Assembly (NCBI GenBank): GCA_021613535.1
Contig: CP075492.1
Span: 8,928,001 to 8,992,000, forward strand
Origin: Adineta vaga
Lineage: Eukaryota; Animalia; Rotifera
Length of the DNA: 64,000 bases
Direction: 5' to 3'
Positions 27,533 through 43,438 of the stretch are shown in pieces. Under the pieces are notes generated by a model. The model was not told where the DNA came from. It was given only the letters and a program-made list of their open reading frames with translations, and made no database searches. Both the position numbers and the translations under genes were made by a program. The number at the start of each line of letters is the position of its first letter. The stretch's first letter is position 1.

Positions 27533-30103
27533 ATGTCGACTATCAATACTCATCGATTGTCTCGAGACAAGTTTTACTCTATTCCTAATATTTCATCGGA
27601 TCAATTAATTGCCGATGATGGCTTGAAAAATCCAGCTTTTGCCAATGATAATGAATCATCCAATAATGGAATTCATGTACCACATACAATTGTTCATCTT
27701 CGTCGTTGTTCATTAGTTTCATCGTCAATATCTTCGACTTCATCATCATCATCATCATCATCAACTGCAATCTTTTTTCGTCATTCATTCTTCTACTATT
27801 TTTGGCGTTTATTTATTTGTTTTTTAACGATTCTTTTTGCAACAATTTGTTGTTATACAGTATATGAACTTAAAATAACAAATCTACATGCTTATCAAAA
27901 ACTTCACAATACTACCGATAAAAAACCACCTAATATATGTAAATTATTTCAATCAAATCTGAGCGCATATTATAAAATTCCGGCAAATTATGTTTCAATT
28001 GGATTATTAATTCTATTAATTCTCACGCAAATTTTCTTTGAAAACTTCTCATCGGGTAAAAAATCAACAGCGAAGACATTTTGGCAACATTTATCAATAC
28101 CAATGGTATTTAATTCTCATTCTCATATATATCGTTTTCAATCAGCTGCTGTGTTTGGTATCATTGCATTGGATATTCTTCATATATTCGATGAGTATAT
28201 CATTAATGGTGCAAAACATTTTCGGAATGGTCCATTAGTTGATTTAATTATTCAATTCGGTATTGGTTTAATGTTAGGTATACGGTATTTTCCAATCATC
28301 TATATTTGAGAAAGAAAATAATTATGAAAATCGATTAGAAAATATCATATCTTATGGTTTATCGACAGTATATTTATGTTGTGAAATCGTTTTTAAAATT
28401 CAAGCCGATGCGAATTGTGCTATTGATAAAACTAAAGCTTCATTAATTGCATCTACAACGGAAAAATTAAATCAAATGGGTATTAATGTTAAACAATACA
28501 TGATTGAACGTTTAGGTACTAATCGTACTAATGTATTAAATGAAACATATGAAAATACACGTTTATGGTATAACAATAGAATTGAAACTTATACAACAAA
28601 TCTTACTTATGATGATACTTATGAAATTGAAAATGAATTAACACGTTTAAATTTCTCATTAGAATTAAACAAACAAAGTATTCTATATAATATATTACGA
28701 AATGCACCATACTATTATTTTATTAGTTATTTGACGGTTTGTTTAATCATCTTATTTCTCAAAGCATGTCGAAATCAATATGAAAAATCGCCTTCCTATC
28801 AATCTCTTCCACGTTGGAAATATATCAAATATAATCTTCTAAAAACATCGAAATATATTCATACCAATAATCAACATGAATATTCACGATTATTTCGTTG
28901 TTTAAATTCTTTAATCTTCTTTATCAAACAACATATTTATACTATACGTCCATATTTTCGTTATTCAAAATTAATTGTTTGTATCTATATTAGTGCATTT
29001 ACACTTGTCTATTACTTTACATTCTGGATTCAAGATCATACATATATTTTAACAAAAAAATTATTATTATTTTTGAATCTAATCCTTTGTGGTCTTGCAG
29101 ATTTATCCAAAGATTTGTGTTATAATCTAAATTTAGATCGTATCAATCAAGATATTCAATATATTTGTTTCTTAACAGCTTTAATTACATTTATACAATT
29201 ATTCTCAGGTTTAAAACATTATCAAACACAAATGTGTAATGCTTATCGAGGAATATATGAAGATATTCCTCAACCAAAACATATTTCATCTGTTACAATT
29301 ATTAGTCGTTCAGTACATTATCCAGGAAGATTTATGGGTATGTATAAGAGAGAATTTCAATCTTATCTATGTTATTTCTTGTGTTTTTAGGTTCATTAAT
29401 ATACAGTTATGGGTTTTTATTTTTATTTGTTTCGATCTTTTACATTCTTGGTCGTTATATATTCTTTTCATTAATTGTTTTGGAATTTGTTTCGAAAATA
29501 TTCTTACCAATGTTAATATTCTTTCTGTTTCAATTATTATTCGTTCGTTTGCTATGTAAATTATTGTTTGTTCAAAATCGTCATCTTCTTGCACTAAGAA
29601 ATCTTCGTTTGTATTATACATTTTCATATTTTAGTTTCTTTTTTGATTGTTTTCTTGGTTTTATTATGTGTTTATCACGAATATCGAAAGGTTTTCTTTG
29701 TACATTAGTATTCTTTGCACGTTTGGATTATTCAGCATATGGACGAGGTTTAGAAATGTATGATACATCCTATGCATCTTATGTGAGCTTCTTTCATATC
29801 GAAAGAAATCAACGACATCCTGTTTTAAATGTTTTTATTGATATTATTCGACAACGTTTAATTGATATACGAAAATTTAAATTAAGATTATCCATGGAAC
29901 CAACGAGTGAAACATATGAAAGAGAAAAATTAACACAATTAGCACGATTTCGTTGGGCATTAGCTTATACATTAATTCACAATGAACAATTGAAACGCTA
30001 TCGAAAACATCGATTATGTACAACAAAAACCGTACAATCAAAAACATTAGAACGTTTATTTGATAAGATTGGATTATCTCAAACATTACCACGAAAATAT
30101 TAG
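27533..30103 (+). CDS. STRA6-like multi-pass membrane receptor (RBP_receptor family); apparent frameshift at about 28303
   Basis: The C-terminal LRNLRLYYTFSYFSFFFDCFLG...RLD...GRGLEMYD...HPVL...ARFRWALAYTLIHNEQLKRYRK matches the STRA6 family. One GT-AG intron at about 29338-29390. The first two ORF segments join only by a frame change. Confidence 0.82.
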
Positions 30104-30692
30104 AGGAAATCAAGTCCATCCGGTGACATTCTTCTTCTTCTTCTTTTTTTGCTCTTCTCTATGTGTGTAATTAGGATTGTATGATATGAATAATAAACAA
30201 GAGAACAACTAGATGATCGACTCAATTAGTTATCAATGAAGTAGTTAGATCAGATTTCAAAATGTCCGACAGATACTTTTGTAATAGATATGAATCATAT
30301 TCAAATAATATATCAAACAAAAAACGATCGAGTTACATCAGATGAACATGTAATTGTCCATCATCATCATCATTTGTTCAATCCTTGATGAATTGTTCAG
30401 TTGTCCTCGTTTTCTAACCTTGATCATTTTTTTTAAGAAGATACCCTTTGGTCATCTGCAAATGACCTTTTAACAGAAAACATCAAATAATGTATCATTC
30501 AATAAACACATCTGTATGATCATTTGTCTTCTTTCTTTTTGTAGTTCAAATATATTCAGGTCATGGTTGATTGCTTCTTTTTCTTTCTTTCTTTCTTTCT
30601 TTCTTCTTTTCGTTTTTCTTTATGTCTGAGTTCATTCGATCACAAGTAATCAAACGACGAACTCATTTTTCACCATACTTGTGTAATCAAAA

Positions 30693-32113
30693 ATGAGAAA
30701 TAAACTCTCACACGATATGACATCATTTTATTTATTTATTTTCATCATTATTATTCAATCTGTTTTATCTCAAAATATTGTGGATTTAATTCAAACAATA
30801 AGAAATAAAAATACAGACGAGAATCGATCAAAAGACAGTTTAGGTAGGAATTTTTTCTTCTATTTATCATCAACAGTGGGGTTTTTTAGTAAGTGAATTT
30901 CGTGATGTTATACAAACAATTCAAGATCATTTATACAATACAAGTATTCCAAGTAAAGAAATTTTAGATGAAAATTTTCGTACATCGGATTTATTTAGTT
31001 TGTCTTCCTGGCTTTCGATCATATGGTGGTTCATGTTATTTTCTTTCGCCAGTAAAATCAACATGGTTAGCTGCATCGAATATTTGTGCGATAAAACGTA
31101 ATTCATCATTAGTATCTTTTGAAACAAATGATGAATTAGAATTCGTTGTCGAGAAATTATTAAAACCATCGCGTGTCAATCAAGCTTATATTGGTTTATA
31201 TGCCAGTGATGTTGGACAATGGCGTTGGCTTGATGGACGAACATTTTGGGATTCAATATTTGGACCTTTATTTTACGTATATAGACCAGAAACATCACAT
31301 TGTGGATTGATTAATTTAGTTAATAGAAGTAAAGTTGCTATTGAAGGAAGAGATTGTTTGAATGATGAAGCACGATTCGTATGTAAATATGGTAAGAAAT
31401 AAAAGGAGAGAAATTGAGTTGCCGATTGGGTTAGATGTACGTGTTCCATCGTATTGTCTAACTGATCGAACCTGACATGTAATTTTGTTTTCTATTTGAA
31501 TATATCAAAATAATCCTTGAATAATTGTTGTACTGAATTAATTTTATGTGACATATAAACAAGGGCGAATGAATAGATATAAACATATTTACGACTCACT
31601 AACAATAATAGAATCGAAAGGATATTAGAATTGTTTCATAATTGACAATAATTTATTTCAAGATAAACAAAGTCATCGTTCTCTATTTATAATTTTAGTT
31701 CAAAATCACTGTTATGCAAAAAATGTATGTGGTCGCGGTGGTGAATGTATGAATTTCGGTTTGTCATTTCGTTGTCGATGTAACTTTTTATATCGTGGTC
31801 GAAAATGTGATAAATGTATGTGTCTACATTGATTTACCATTGACTCGTTTTGTTTTTTTACATAATAATTTCGTTTTTATTCTCTCTGTCTTTTAGTAAG
31901 TTCAAAAGCAATACAATCAATCATTGCTCTAGCTATTATTATTCTCATGTGCATAGCTGGTTGTTGTTTGAAATTGGATATTTTCTCATATTGTCCATTG
32001 AATAAAAAGTATGTTTTTGTTTTACATTACAAACAAAAATAACCATTCGATTTTCTTTTAGATCTCAAACAGATGATGAATTTGCGAATGAACATCAAAA
32101 TATTCTAGCTTAG
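30693..32113 (+). CDS. Signal peptide + C-type lectin domain + EGF + TM protein, same architecture as 24457-26802
   Basis: CLPGFRSYGGSCYF...TWLAASNICA...YIGL...WRWLDG...HCG...DC...RFVCK; EGF CYAKNVCGRGGECMN...RCRCNFLYRGRKCDK; TM IQSIIALAIIILMCIAGCC. GT-AG introns. Confidence 0.85.
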
Positions 32114-34007
32114 AGAGTTTTCAGAAGTTTATAAATATATATATTTCTTTGTCAAATTTTAATAAAAAGAAAGAATTCTTCATTTTATTTCATAGTAATC
32201 AGTATGATTTCTAGGAAATCAAGTGGAGATTGTTATGTGATATTGTTCTAAATAAATAAAACAACATTAATATTGAGTTTTGAAAAAAAATATTATGAAC
32301 ACATTTGGACAATATTTATACGTGATATTTGAGTAAGCGCAATATCGAATCTTCTCTCATCTATTATTTAGTTTTGCTATAAATAGAAGTGATGAAATAT
32401 ATTATTGTTATTATTATTTTACCAGATTTATCTACAAGAACAACATGCTTGCATAAACATGTTTTCTGCTTTCACAATGCTCGTTTTTTTTTCATTAAGC
32501 TTAATGCAGATTTTTGTCATCACATACTTTCATCAAGTCAATGTCGAAGTAAATCTTTTTCGAACAAACAAACAATTCGAAAGAAAACTCAAGCTAAAAA
32601 AGTTACAATTAATAAATTAGATCTATTTTTTTCTAACACTTATCGTATAATCAATAACACATTTGATCGTTGTCTTAGTTTGTTTTCCTACTGGATAGTT
32701 TTTTTTCTCTCGCCTGGAAGTTATACAAATATTGTAATTGACTTTGAATCCAATGCTCATTATTATCTCTTCTTAGATCGACAAATGATGTCAAAATAAC
32801 AGAAGAATATTTATTTTTGTTATGGGTAATTACAAAACTCGTCCATAAGAACAAAATGCAGAGAAAAGAAATAGTTTGGTAATAAAGAAATCAGAACAAG
32901 GGAGAAAGAAAAGGAAGCATTCACCAACAATCTAATAGAAGAAGAAGAAGAAAAAAATCCATTGACTGTGTTTTTTTTCAAAGAGTGAACAGGAAGAAGA
33001 AAAAAACCGTTTTTTTCCTGTTACACTCCGATGCTGTCAACAACATAAACGTGTTCAATCTATTTGAAGTAGATGAATTTATATTCACTCCTACCTCTTT
33101 TTTCTCTCTCTCTATCTCTCTCTCGCTCTCTTTTTTTAAAACTATGTGGGTAGGAAGTCAGACATTTGTTTTTGTTAGCTTGCTAGTTTATACATAAAAG
33201 ACCAATGTTAATCCTTTCGCAGTATTATTTAGCGATGATTTCTCGTCTGAAATCGATTATTTATTCACTGTTTCTATCTTATTTATAATTTATTTTACTT
33301 GACGATTAACAGTTTTGAATAAAGAAGAAGATTTCATTTAGATTTATTAGATATTCATTCGTTCGTGTGCATGCAGTGGTAAGTCAAAAACTTTCGATGA
33401 TGACAATGTGTAATCGATCAAACGGCAGGATTGTGGAAAAGAAGCAGAAAACGAAGAAGATAGGAAGACATAGTTGACGCGAAAGAAGATTATTGCTCGA
33501 CTGGAATAATATATTAATGGGTGATGGCATCTTAAGAGAAGCATTTCGATGGATAACAACATGACAGAACAAAACAACAGAAAAAAAAACCCGAATATAG
33601 ATCAATAGACAGACGACGACGATGATGATGATGACGAAGACAGGCAACGAGACATCGCGACATTAGCAAATCTACATTGAGTATGTAGAAAAAAAATATC
33701 CGTGTATTTTTTTTCTTCGATGAATACCAGGGTACTACTATGGACAATTAGGAAACGAATGTTGGCCCTGAAAATGCATTTTTTCTTTTAGAGATGATAG
33801 ACTGTTTCCCTTTCTGTTGAAGGCTGCTTACCGAAATAATCAAATTTGAGATAGAACATAAGTGTACTATCAGTTTCTTTGCTAGGTTTTTTTTATTTTA
33901 ATCTTATTTTTGACAGAAATCTACTTGATAACACAAGGTCGTTGTGGCTTTTTTGTTTATCTTCTAGACATAATAATACATATATAGTTACAGAAAAAGA
34001 GACAACA

Positions 34008-35693
<1,686 letters not shown>

Positions 35694-36648
35694 TTTTGGA
35701 ACGAGACAAAAAAAAGAAAAGAAATATCCTTTGCTAATCTGTATATCGTCCGTGTTGCTATATTGCTTCAAATTGAAAGATCAATTTGTTAAAGAGAACA
35801 GAAAAAAAAATCAGTTTTTTCTTGCTTTATGCTTTGCTCAAAAATCTTATGTGATCGAATTGGTAAACTTTTATTTCATTATATTGACAAATAATTTTAT
35901 GACCTGTAAATAGTAAAAATTAAATATTTTAACAGATTGTCAAATTCAAGAGGATGTCAAATAGAGTGGGCATAAACATGAACGTAACTGGTGAAAGATT
36001 TTCCTGACATATTGATTTTATCCTCATTATTATATGATCAACCGACCGAAAGAAACATTAGTTACCAAGCCGATCGTAAATACAATGAAACGATGCTTGT
36101 TAGATATTAACGATATGTCAATAAGAAAGAAAAATTGTACGTAGTTAGAAATCAATTGCTAATATAATGATTTTTCCATTTACTCAATTGAATTCCATAT
36201 TTTTGGTTAATAGTGCTTATTGTTGAGACAAAGAAAAACTTCAGAAATGTTTTCGTTTACAGTTCTTATCTCTTTGAAGATGTTGTTCGATATTTGTTAA
36301 AAGAAATTGTTTTTCTAATTACAAAAGCCAGACTCTTCTAATCAAGTCAGGAAATTAAACCTTATCAATTCAAACATACTTTATCAAAAGACAAAATAAT
36401 TTTAAAATAGAATACCTAATATCCAGAGAACGGACGGTATCTCTAAAAGCATTAGTAATCTGCGTTTGTAAGTGTTCGGAGCAATAATAATTTCTTCTTT
36501 AGAATGCTAGTATTCATTTTATTTGCATACGCACATATATGTTTAAAACTTTCTTAGAATACACATCTGTATCTGTGATAAAAACTCGTACTAAGTACGA
36601 TTAAACACAAAATATTTCGAAAAACAAAATCAACGATAATCTATGGTC

Positions 36649-39320
36649 TTAATTAGTCTGTTGTTGCTGTTTGTAAAGGTTTATAATGTTGAATTCCTTG
36701 TAGAAAAATATCTTTGACTGATTGTATTGTTTCATTATATAGTTTCAAATCTTCTTCCTTAGCATCTAACATGCATTTAAGTGCATTTTTAAGTGCATCA
36801 TTTTCTTCGGTTTTCAATGACAAACGCATTTCAAGTTCTTCAACATTTTCATGATTTTCAGACTGTATCGATGTTGATTTTGGTAATGGAACTGTTCCAC
36901 GTCCTTTTACTAAAGATAGAAACTTTCGAATTCAAATTATCCTTTCAAAATGGCAAAGAAAATCTACCTGTTCGATTTTTGACATTATTCAGATCGAGTT
37001 TAACTTTTTCCATATCTTTTTCAAGACGAACATTGAGTCTACGATATTCAATTAATTTATTTTCTTGTTCAATATGTTGTGTATTAGCATTGTCAAGACG
37101 TTTTTGTAATGTTTGAATATATTCTACGAGACGATTTCGTTCAACTTCAAGAGCAGAATTGACATATTGGAGATCTTTATCTTCCTACGAAATGATTTCT
37201 ATGAGGTATTTTCATTGAACTTAGTTTTCCTTTTTATCTTACTGAAGATCGTTTGACATTTACTGCACTTGTTGGTCGACTATTCGTTGTAGTAGTAAAT
37301 CCACTTTTTTCTAAACGAATTAGTACAGGATCTGTAGAAGTCGATTGTTTAAGAGATGTTAGTTGCATAGGTGGAAGGGTGACACTTTGAAGAGGCGTAT
37401 GTCGACTGGTTATATTGACAAATGCAAGAGAATCATTGAGTTTAACTTGTGATAAACGTGGTTCAGTATTATCTCGTTCATACTAGAATTACAAATAAAA
37501 GATACATTTTTTATAGTTCATTTTGCATGATCGATGAGCAAATGATTTGAAAATATCATACTTTAATTCTATTTTCATCTAAATGCATTTCTAATTCTCG
37601 AATTTTCATTTCTTTTTGATCTAATATTAATTGTAAATGTTTAATCATATTTGCTTGTTTCATTTGATCTAATTTAGTTGTTTGTTCTGCTTCTGTACTC
37701 ATTTTTGATTTGATATCAAGATCTTTTTGTAAATGATCATGTGTTGATTTTAATTGTTGTTGTTGTTTAAGTAAAACATCAATAAGTTCATCGTCATGTT
37801 TACTTTTTTCTAATGATGCTTTCAATTGTTCACGTAATGTTTTAACTTCATTACTAAGAACTGTATTACGACTTTTATTTTGTTCATATTTATCTTTTAA
37901 TGTTTGATGTTCTGTACGTAATAGTTGAAGTTCTTGTTTTTGTTGCTCATATGAATCTTTGCGTTCACGTTCAATACGACGAATATCATCACGATGACGT
38001 TGTTGAGCACTCGATACTGTTTCATCATATTTTGATGCTAACAAACTACTTTCTAAATCATCAATTAAACCAGAACTTGTACCACTAGTTGTGCGTGCTT
38101 TTAAGTCATTTATCTAGAATAAATGAAACGATCATCTTGAAAAAGAATCGATTGTATATTGAATAATATACTTTTTCTTGTAAAGCAATAATTTGTTGTT
38201 GACGACCACGCCAATTACTTGTACCATTGAGGATATTTTGAATATTAACAGTATCACCGACTTCTTTTTCTAAAGCCTATAATTACGGTATTAGTATTTC
38301 ACAAAAAACCTTTCTAGAAAGCAATGAATCTTACTTTTTGAGTTTTCTTTAATTCTTGTTTAGTAATATCAAGTTGTGATTTAGCTTCTGTATGACGTGC
38401 TTGAAGTTCTTTGAATTTATCACGTAATTCTTTCAATTCTTTTTCTATTTTATTCTGCAATACAACATAAAATAAAAGAACATTGATATTTTTGAATTGA
38501 TAGTAACTTACGTCATCCGTTAATGTGGTAGGTTGTGGAACATCCGTATGTGCACTATTTGTCTATTGAAAGAACAGTCATTGATTTAAACGAAAGTCTA
38601 CTTTCTCTATATACATACCATAGATTCAAGTTCTTTACATTTAATTGATAATTTTTTTAGTTTTGCTCTTTCACTTTCTAATTCTGCTGATAATTCTCTA
38701 TTCTTTTTAGATAATTCAACAACTTTAGTAGCTATTGCATCACCACCCACAGTATTCGGACCTAAATAGAAGAATTTACTTCGATTAAATCAATGAATCG
38801 TAATATTCAACACTTACTTTACCTGTGAATGCTTGCCGTTCTTCTTCTTGTATACGACGTAAATAATCAATTTCATAATCTTTTTCAGCGAGAAGTTTTC
38901 GAAGGCGACCATTTTCATCACGTAATTCCTAGTAAATTAATCTTCAAAATAGCAATTACATTCATTGATTATCTCTTACTCGAAGTTGTTCACTTTGATT
39001 TTCATGTTGAACAGCAATGATAGATGCAATAACATTATTACTCTAAATACGACAATTTTTATCAAAATATTTCGAAGAAATAAATTGTCATAATACTTCT
39101 TCAATTGGAAATGGACCTGAATCAACTTCACTATTGATTGAATCAGTCGTCTAAATATTCATAATATAAAATAAATTTAAGAACATATTGTAAATCATCA
39201 ACTAACATTAGCAATCGACACTTTTTTCTTTGCAGATTTTTCTTGTAATTGGTTCATTCTTTCTCTTTGTTGACGTTGTAAAGCAGAAAACTGTTCACGA
39301 ACAGTATCTCCATTACTCAT
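36649..39320 (-). CDS. ccdc13: Coiled-coil domain-containing protein 13-like (centriolar satellite/ciliary)
   Basis: N-terminus MSNGDTVREQFSALQRQQ, motifs GDAIATKVVELSKKNREL and NWRGRQQQIIALQ, and C-terminal LDAKEEDLKLYNE, all recalled as CCDC13 features. Many GT-AG introns. Confidence 0.8.
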
Positions 39321-39407
39321 TTTATTTTTCTTACTCTATTCGAAATATATATATACGCTCTTCTACAAAAAATGATAATAATCTAATGAAATAGACAACT
39401 CCTATTG

Positions 39408-39424
39408 ACACACACACACACACA
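39408..39424. repeat. (CA)n microsatellite in the CCDC13/FUBP intergenic region
   Basis: acacacacacacacaca visible directly. Confidence 0.85.
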
Positions 39425-39630
39425 TACTTCAATGTTCTCCATTAGTTCCTCTGTTCACTATAGAAACATTCTCTCATGAATAATGCATTGTGCATATGTC
39501 TTTCGACACATCAATGCACTTCGCATAGAACACGACAAAGCTTATAGATCAATAGCTAATAAGCAATGCATAGTATATATTCGTACACACAATGAATGTT
39601 TTCTGACCTGGATTGTAACTATAGAACGAT

Positions 39631-41844
39631 ATGTTAAATAATACAACAGCTTTTCAAGATGCTGTTGCACGTGCCAAAGAAATAGCACAAAAATTAACTG
39701 GAACAGCACCAAATTCATCATTAAAACGACCAAATAGTGAAGAAGATTCTTTTAATAAACGTCCATCGATAACTTCTCCAACACAGTCATCGGATGTTGC
39801 ATCACCAGTTCTACGTGCACAACTTATAGCACAACAGATTAATTCACAATTAGGTGTAAAATCATCTGCTGATGGAGCACCATTACCATTATCAAATCAA
39901 TTGACATTTCAAGAAGATTACAAAATTCCAGATAAATTCGTTGGTTTAATTATTGGAAAAGGTGGTGAACAGATCATTCGATTACAAGCAGAAAGTGGTT
40001 GTAAAGTTCAAATATGCCAAACACGACAAGAACCAATACCTGGTGGTCCAAATCCACCTGATCGTTTAGCAAATCTATGTGGTTCAAGAGAAGCTATTGA
40101 ACGTGCTAGACGAATTATGGATGATATCATTGCTAAAGGAAAAATGGCTGAAAGTGGATCAGTTAGTGTTAATCCATATTCTATGGGTGGAACAAATATT
40201 AAATCGATTGAAGTTATGTTACCATCTGCTAAATGTGGATTAGTTATTGGTAAAGGTGGAGAAAATATCAGACGTGTATCAGTAAATATAATCAAATGTT
40301 ATTTTTATCTTTAATAATATTGAAATTTCTTCTATTGCTTTTAGGAAGAATTTAGTATTAAAATGTTTGTTGGTCCTGAAATAACTGAAATCGATGGTAT
40401 TGAACATAAACCATTGAAAATCTCAGGAGAAGCTGACAAAGTTGAAGTAATATGATGACAAAAGAATTCGATTTTTTTTTAATAATTGTGTTTTCTATTT
40501 TCAAGCGTGCTAAACAGCATGTACTTGATTTATTAGCAAAATCTAATGGTCCTCCATTTTCAAATCGTTTTGCGACAAATTCCAATGGTTCAAATTCTTC
40601 GAATGATTATGGTTCTCGAGTAATGATTAATTCATATAAATTCTACTAAAATATAAAGAATAATTTATAGAATGGTGGTACACCAATGAGTGGTCTATGT
40701 AATGAAGCAAGTTATCATGCACCTCATGAAAAAGCAGGCATTATCATTGGCAAAGGTAGATTGAAATATGATTTTATTGAAATTTGCTTAACTATGCAAA
40801 ATAAATCTAATTAGGTGGTGAAAGTATTAAAGAGATTAATCGAAAATCAGGTGCTTTTGTTGAACTTGATAAAAATTATATTCCCGCTATTGGAAATTCT
40901 TCGGATCGAATATTTAAATTACGTGGTACACCGGAACAGATTGCTATGGCACAACAATTAATGTATGAAAAAATTAAAAATAGTCCTGGTGGTCCTGGTG
41001 ATATGTTAACACCAGTACAATTTCAACAACAATTTAATTTACCATTATTAGGATCCTCTCAAACGGATTCATGGAATGGAAATAATGATCCATATGGAAC
41101 TGATGCTAATGGATCAGCTGCCACGGATCCCTATAGTCTTTGGGCAAGTACCTATGGACAATGGGCTCAAAGTAAAATGAAAATGTGTTGTTTGAAGGCA
41201 ACGAAAATCTACATTGTACTCTTATTTCTAGTGAATCCTTATGATGCCAATACAACGGATTCAAAGTCATTATCAACCACAAATGGTTCTGAGATGCAAC
41301 AAATGGATCCAGCATGGTTAGCTTATTATCAATCAATGAGTTATTACAGTGCAATGCAGGCAGGAATGACAGGAGCAGCTACATCAAACGCACCAGCAAG
41401 TACAACAACAGCAACAGCAACAACAACGAGCACAACTGATTCAACAGCTGCAAGCAGTAATAATTCTTCTACGTTCATCTTTTGTTTTATTTTAAAAATC
41501 ATATTCTAGCAGTTAATTCTACTACTGGACAACCCGATTATAGTCAACAATGGATTGAATATTATCGATCGCTTGGACAAAACGATGTTGCTGATCAAAT
41601 CATGCAACAGATGAAAGTAATAGGATTAATTAAAACTATCAAACTATTTTGTATTGATAGATATTAGACGAGAATTTAACCTAATTCCGATTACATTTAT
41701 TTCTTTTAGTCTACTGCAACGACGGCGTCCTCAGCTAATCCCTGGGAAGCTTATGCACAATTGAATAATAGTACAAATGGTGGCGATTCGACCACAACAA
41801 ATCCTACAAATGGCAGTAGTTCATCAACTGTACCTTCTTCTTGA
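39631..41844 (+). CDS. Far upstream element-binding protein / KSRP / Psi-like KH-domain RNA-binding protein
   Basis: N-terminal AFQDAVARAKEIAQK helix, three KH GxxG motifs (GLIIGKGGEQI, GLVIGKGGENI, GIIIGKGGESI), and C-terminal Tyr motifs DPAWLAYY and GQPDYSQQWIEYYRSLG. Confidence 0.92.
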
Positions 41845-42374
41845 GGTAAGCAAACGAATGAAAATAATTTTTTTCTCAGTTTTTTTGCAAAGAAACTACG
41901 CTTAACTATACCATGATGTTTTGCAAGTCATTCGTGGAATCTATTCATATTTCTTATTTTTTCCTTTTTTTAACATTATTTATAGGCATGTTTGATTGAT
42001 ACGTCACTTCATCTTGTTCTAATATTATATGTACAGAGAACAATGGAAAAAAAATGATTACTTATTATCTATATCTATGTGTTTTCTTTAGAAAGCAATG
42101 TTTATTTTTTCCTGATTTGCTTACAAGCGATACAAATGTTGATGATATTGCAATATCTCGTTCACTATTTCTCAACAATTGTTATTTGTGTTTTTGTTCA
42201 TTTGTTTCTCTTTCTCGTCAAAATCTATTTGTATACTTGCATATATACATATTATACATATATATATGATCTATTGTATAAGCGTTCAAGTATCGATTTC
42301 ACTTTTTTAATATGATTATACATTTGTCAATGATATTTTCCTTAAGAAGATTGATTGTAAGTATTAATAGTGTG

Positions 42375-42436
42375 AATATCTAGTTGAATGGTTTTGGTCA
42401 TTGGAAACAAAGGTCGCGAGTTCGAATCTAACTATG
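42375..42436 (+). other. Degenerate tRNA-like / SINE-head-like sequence
   Basis: B-box-like GGTCGCGAGTTCGAATC at 42412-42428 with a weak A-box-like TAGTTGAATGG about 30 nt upstream. The cloverleaf stems do not pair properly. Confidence 0.3.
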
Positions 42437-43438
42437 TGAGTTATGATCATCGTCATCATTATATAAGTCAAAGATGAATCGGAAGGGCCGACTGATGCTC
42501 ATAATGAATGACAAAATTCCATATGATAACTGAGACTTATGTAATGTTTGATTGAACAAAATTCATTCACTAAAAATATCTTGCTCTTTTTGACAATAAT
42601 TAAAAATAGATATTCAGAATATATTTCAATCGTCTGGAATATACAAGACACTAAGTGATATTATCACCTGTTAACTGTATTGTTCATTAAAAGACTATAG
42701 AAATTTGCAATTTCAGAGATTTTTCTTCAATAAAATTTGTTAAACAAGGAAATAAATGAAACTGATCAATTCTTACAAATATTTCAACATCAATACAATA
42801 TAAAAATACGAAAGTTTTATGTTTACATACAGTGATACGTAATTCAGCACCTATCGCAATTGTACTCATTACTCACTACATTAGGAATCGAATAAAAACG
42901 AGCATGTACATATATCAAGTTCTTTGCCAATCGTGTCGATTTTTTGTATTCAATATTCACTTGCAGTGATCACGGATGAGTTGATTTTATATTCATCTTC
43001 TATTACGCTTCCTTTGTTGATCATCATAGTCGTAACTCTTATATAAAAGTGATTACTCTGGTATCGATATTTATATTTTATGCAGAACTGTTTCAGATAT
43101 TTTTAACCAAATGACACGCTCATATCAACAACTAAGATTCTGGTTTAAAATATCTATTGTTAAAAAGATGATTGTTACCTAATAAGTATGTTACGAATAC
43201 TCACATCATATCAACGTGCGTACAATCATTCATTTATTTCAAAGAGAAAAATATCAGATGAGTAACTCTTCGCTGATTTTGATATAAAGCGATGTTCAAG
43301 ATAGAGATAAAAAGCGTATTCTTTTTCTCTCTCTCTTGCTATTCTACGAAAGATATATATATATATATATAATCGATCACGGATTACTCGATAAACATTG
43401 TTCATTTCGATCTATACAACTAAAATGCATCGTAAAAT

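Noticed and set aside
8678-30103. A retinoid-signalling cluster (two nuclear receptors plus STRA6-like)
   Set aside because: The receptors are NR2E and NR1J types, not RAR/RXR, and unrelated genes are interspersed. Adjacency is likely incidental.
32389-33750. Several short ORFs upstream of PKA-C
   Set aside because: Low-complexity, overlapping on both strands and without motifs. More likely promoter, 5' UTR or intron sequence.
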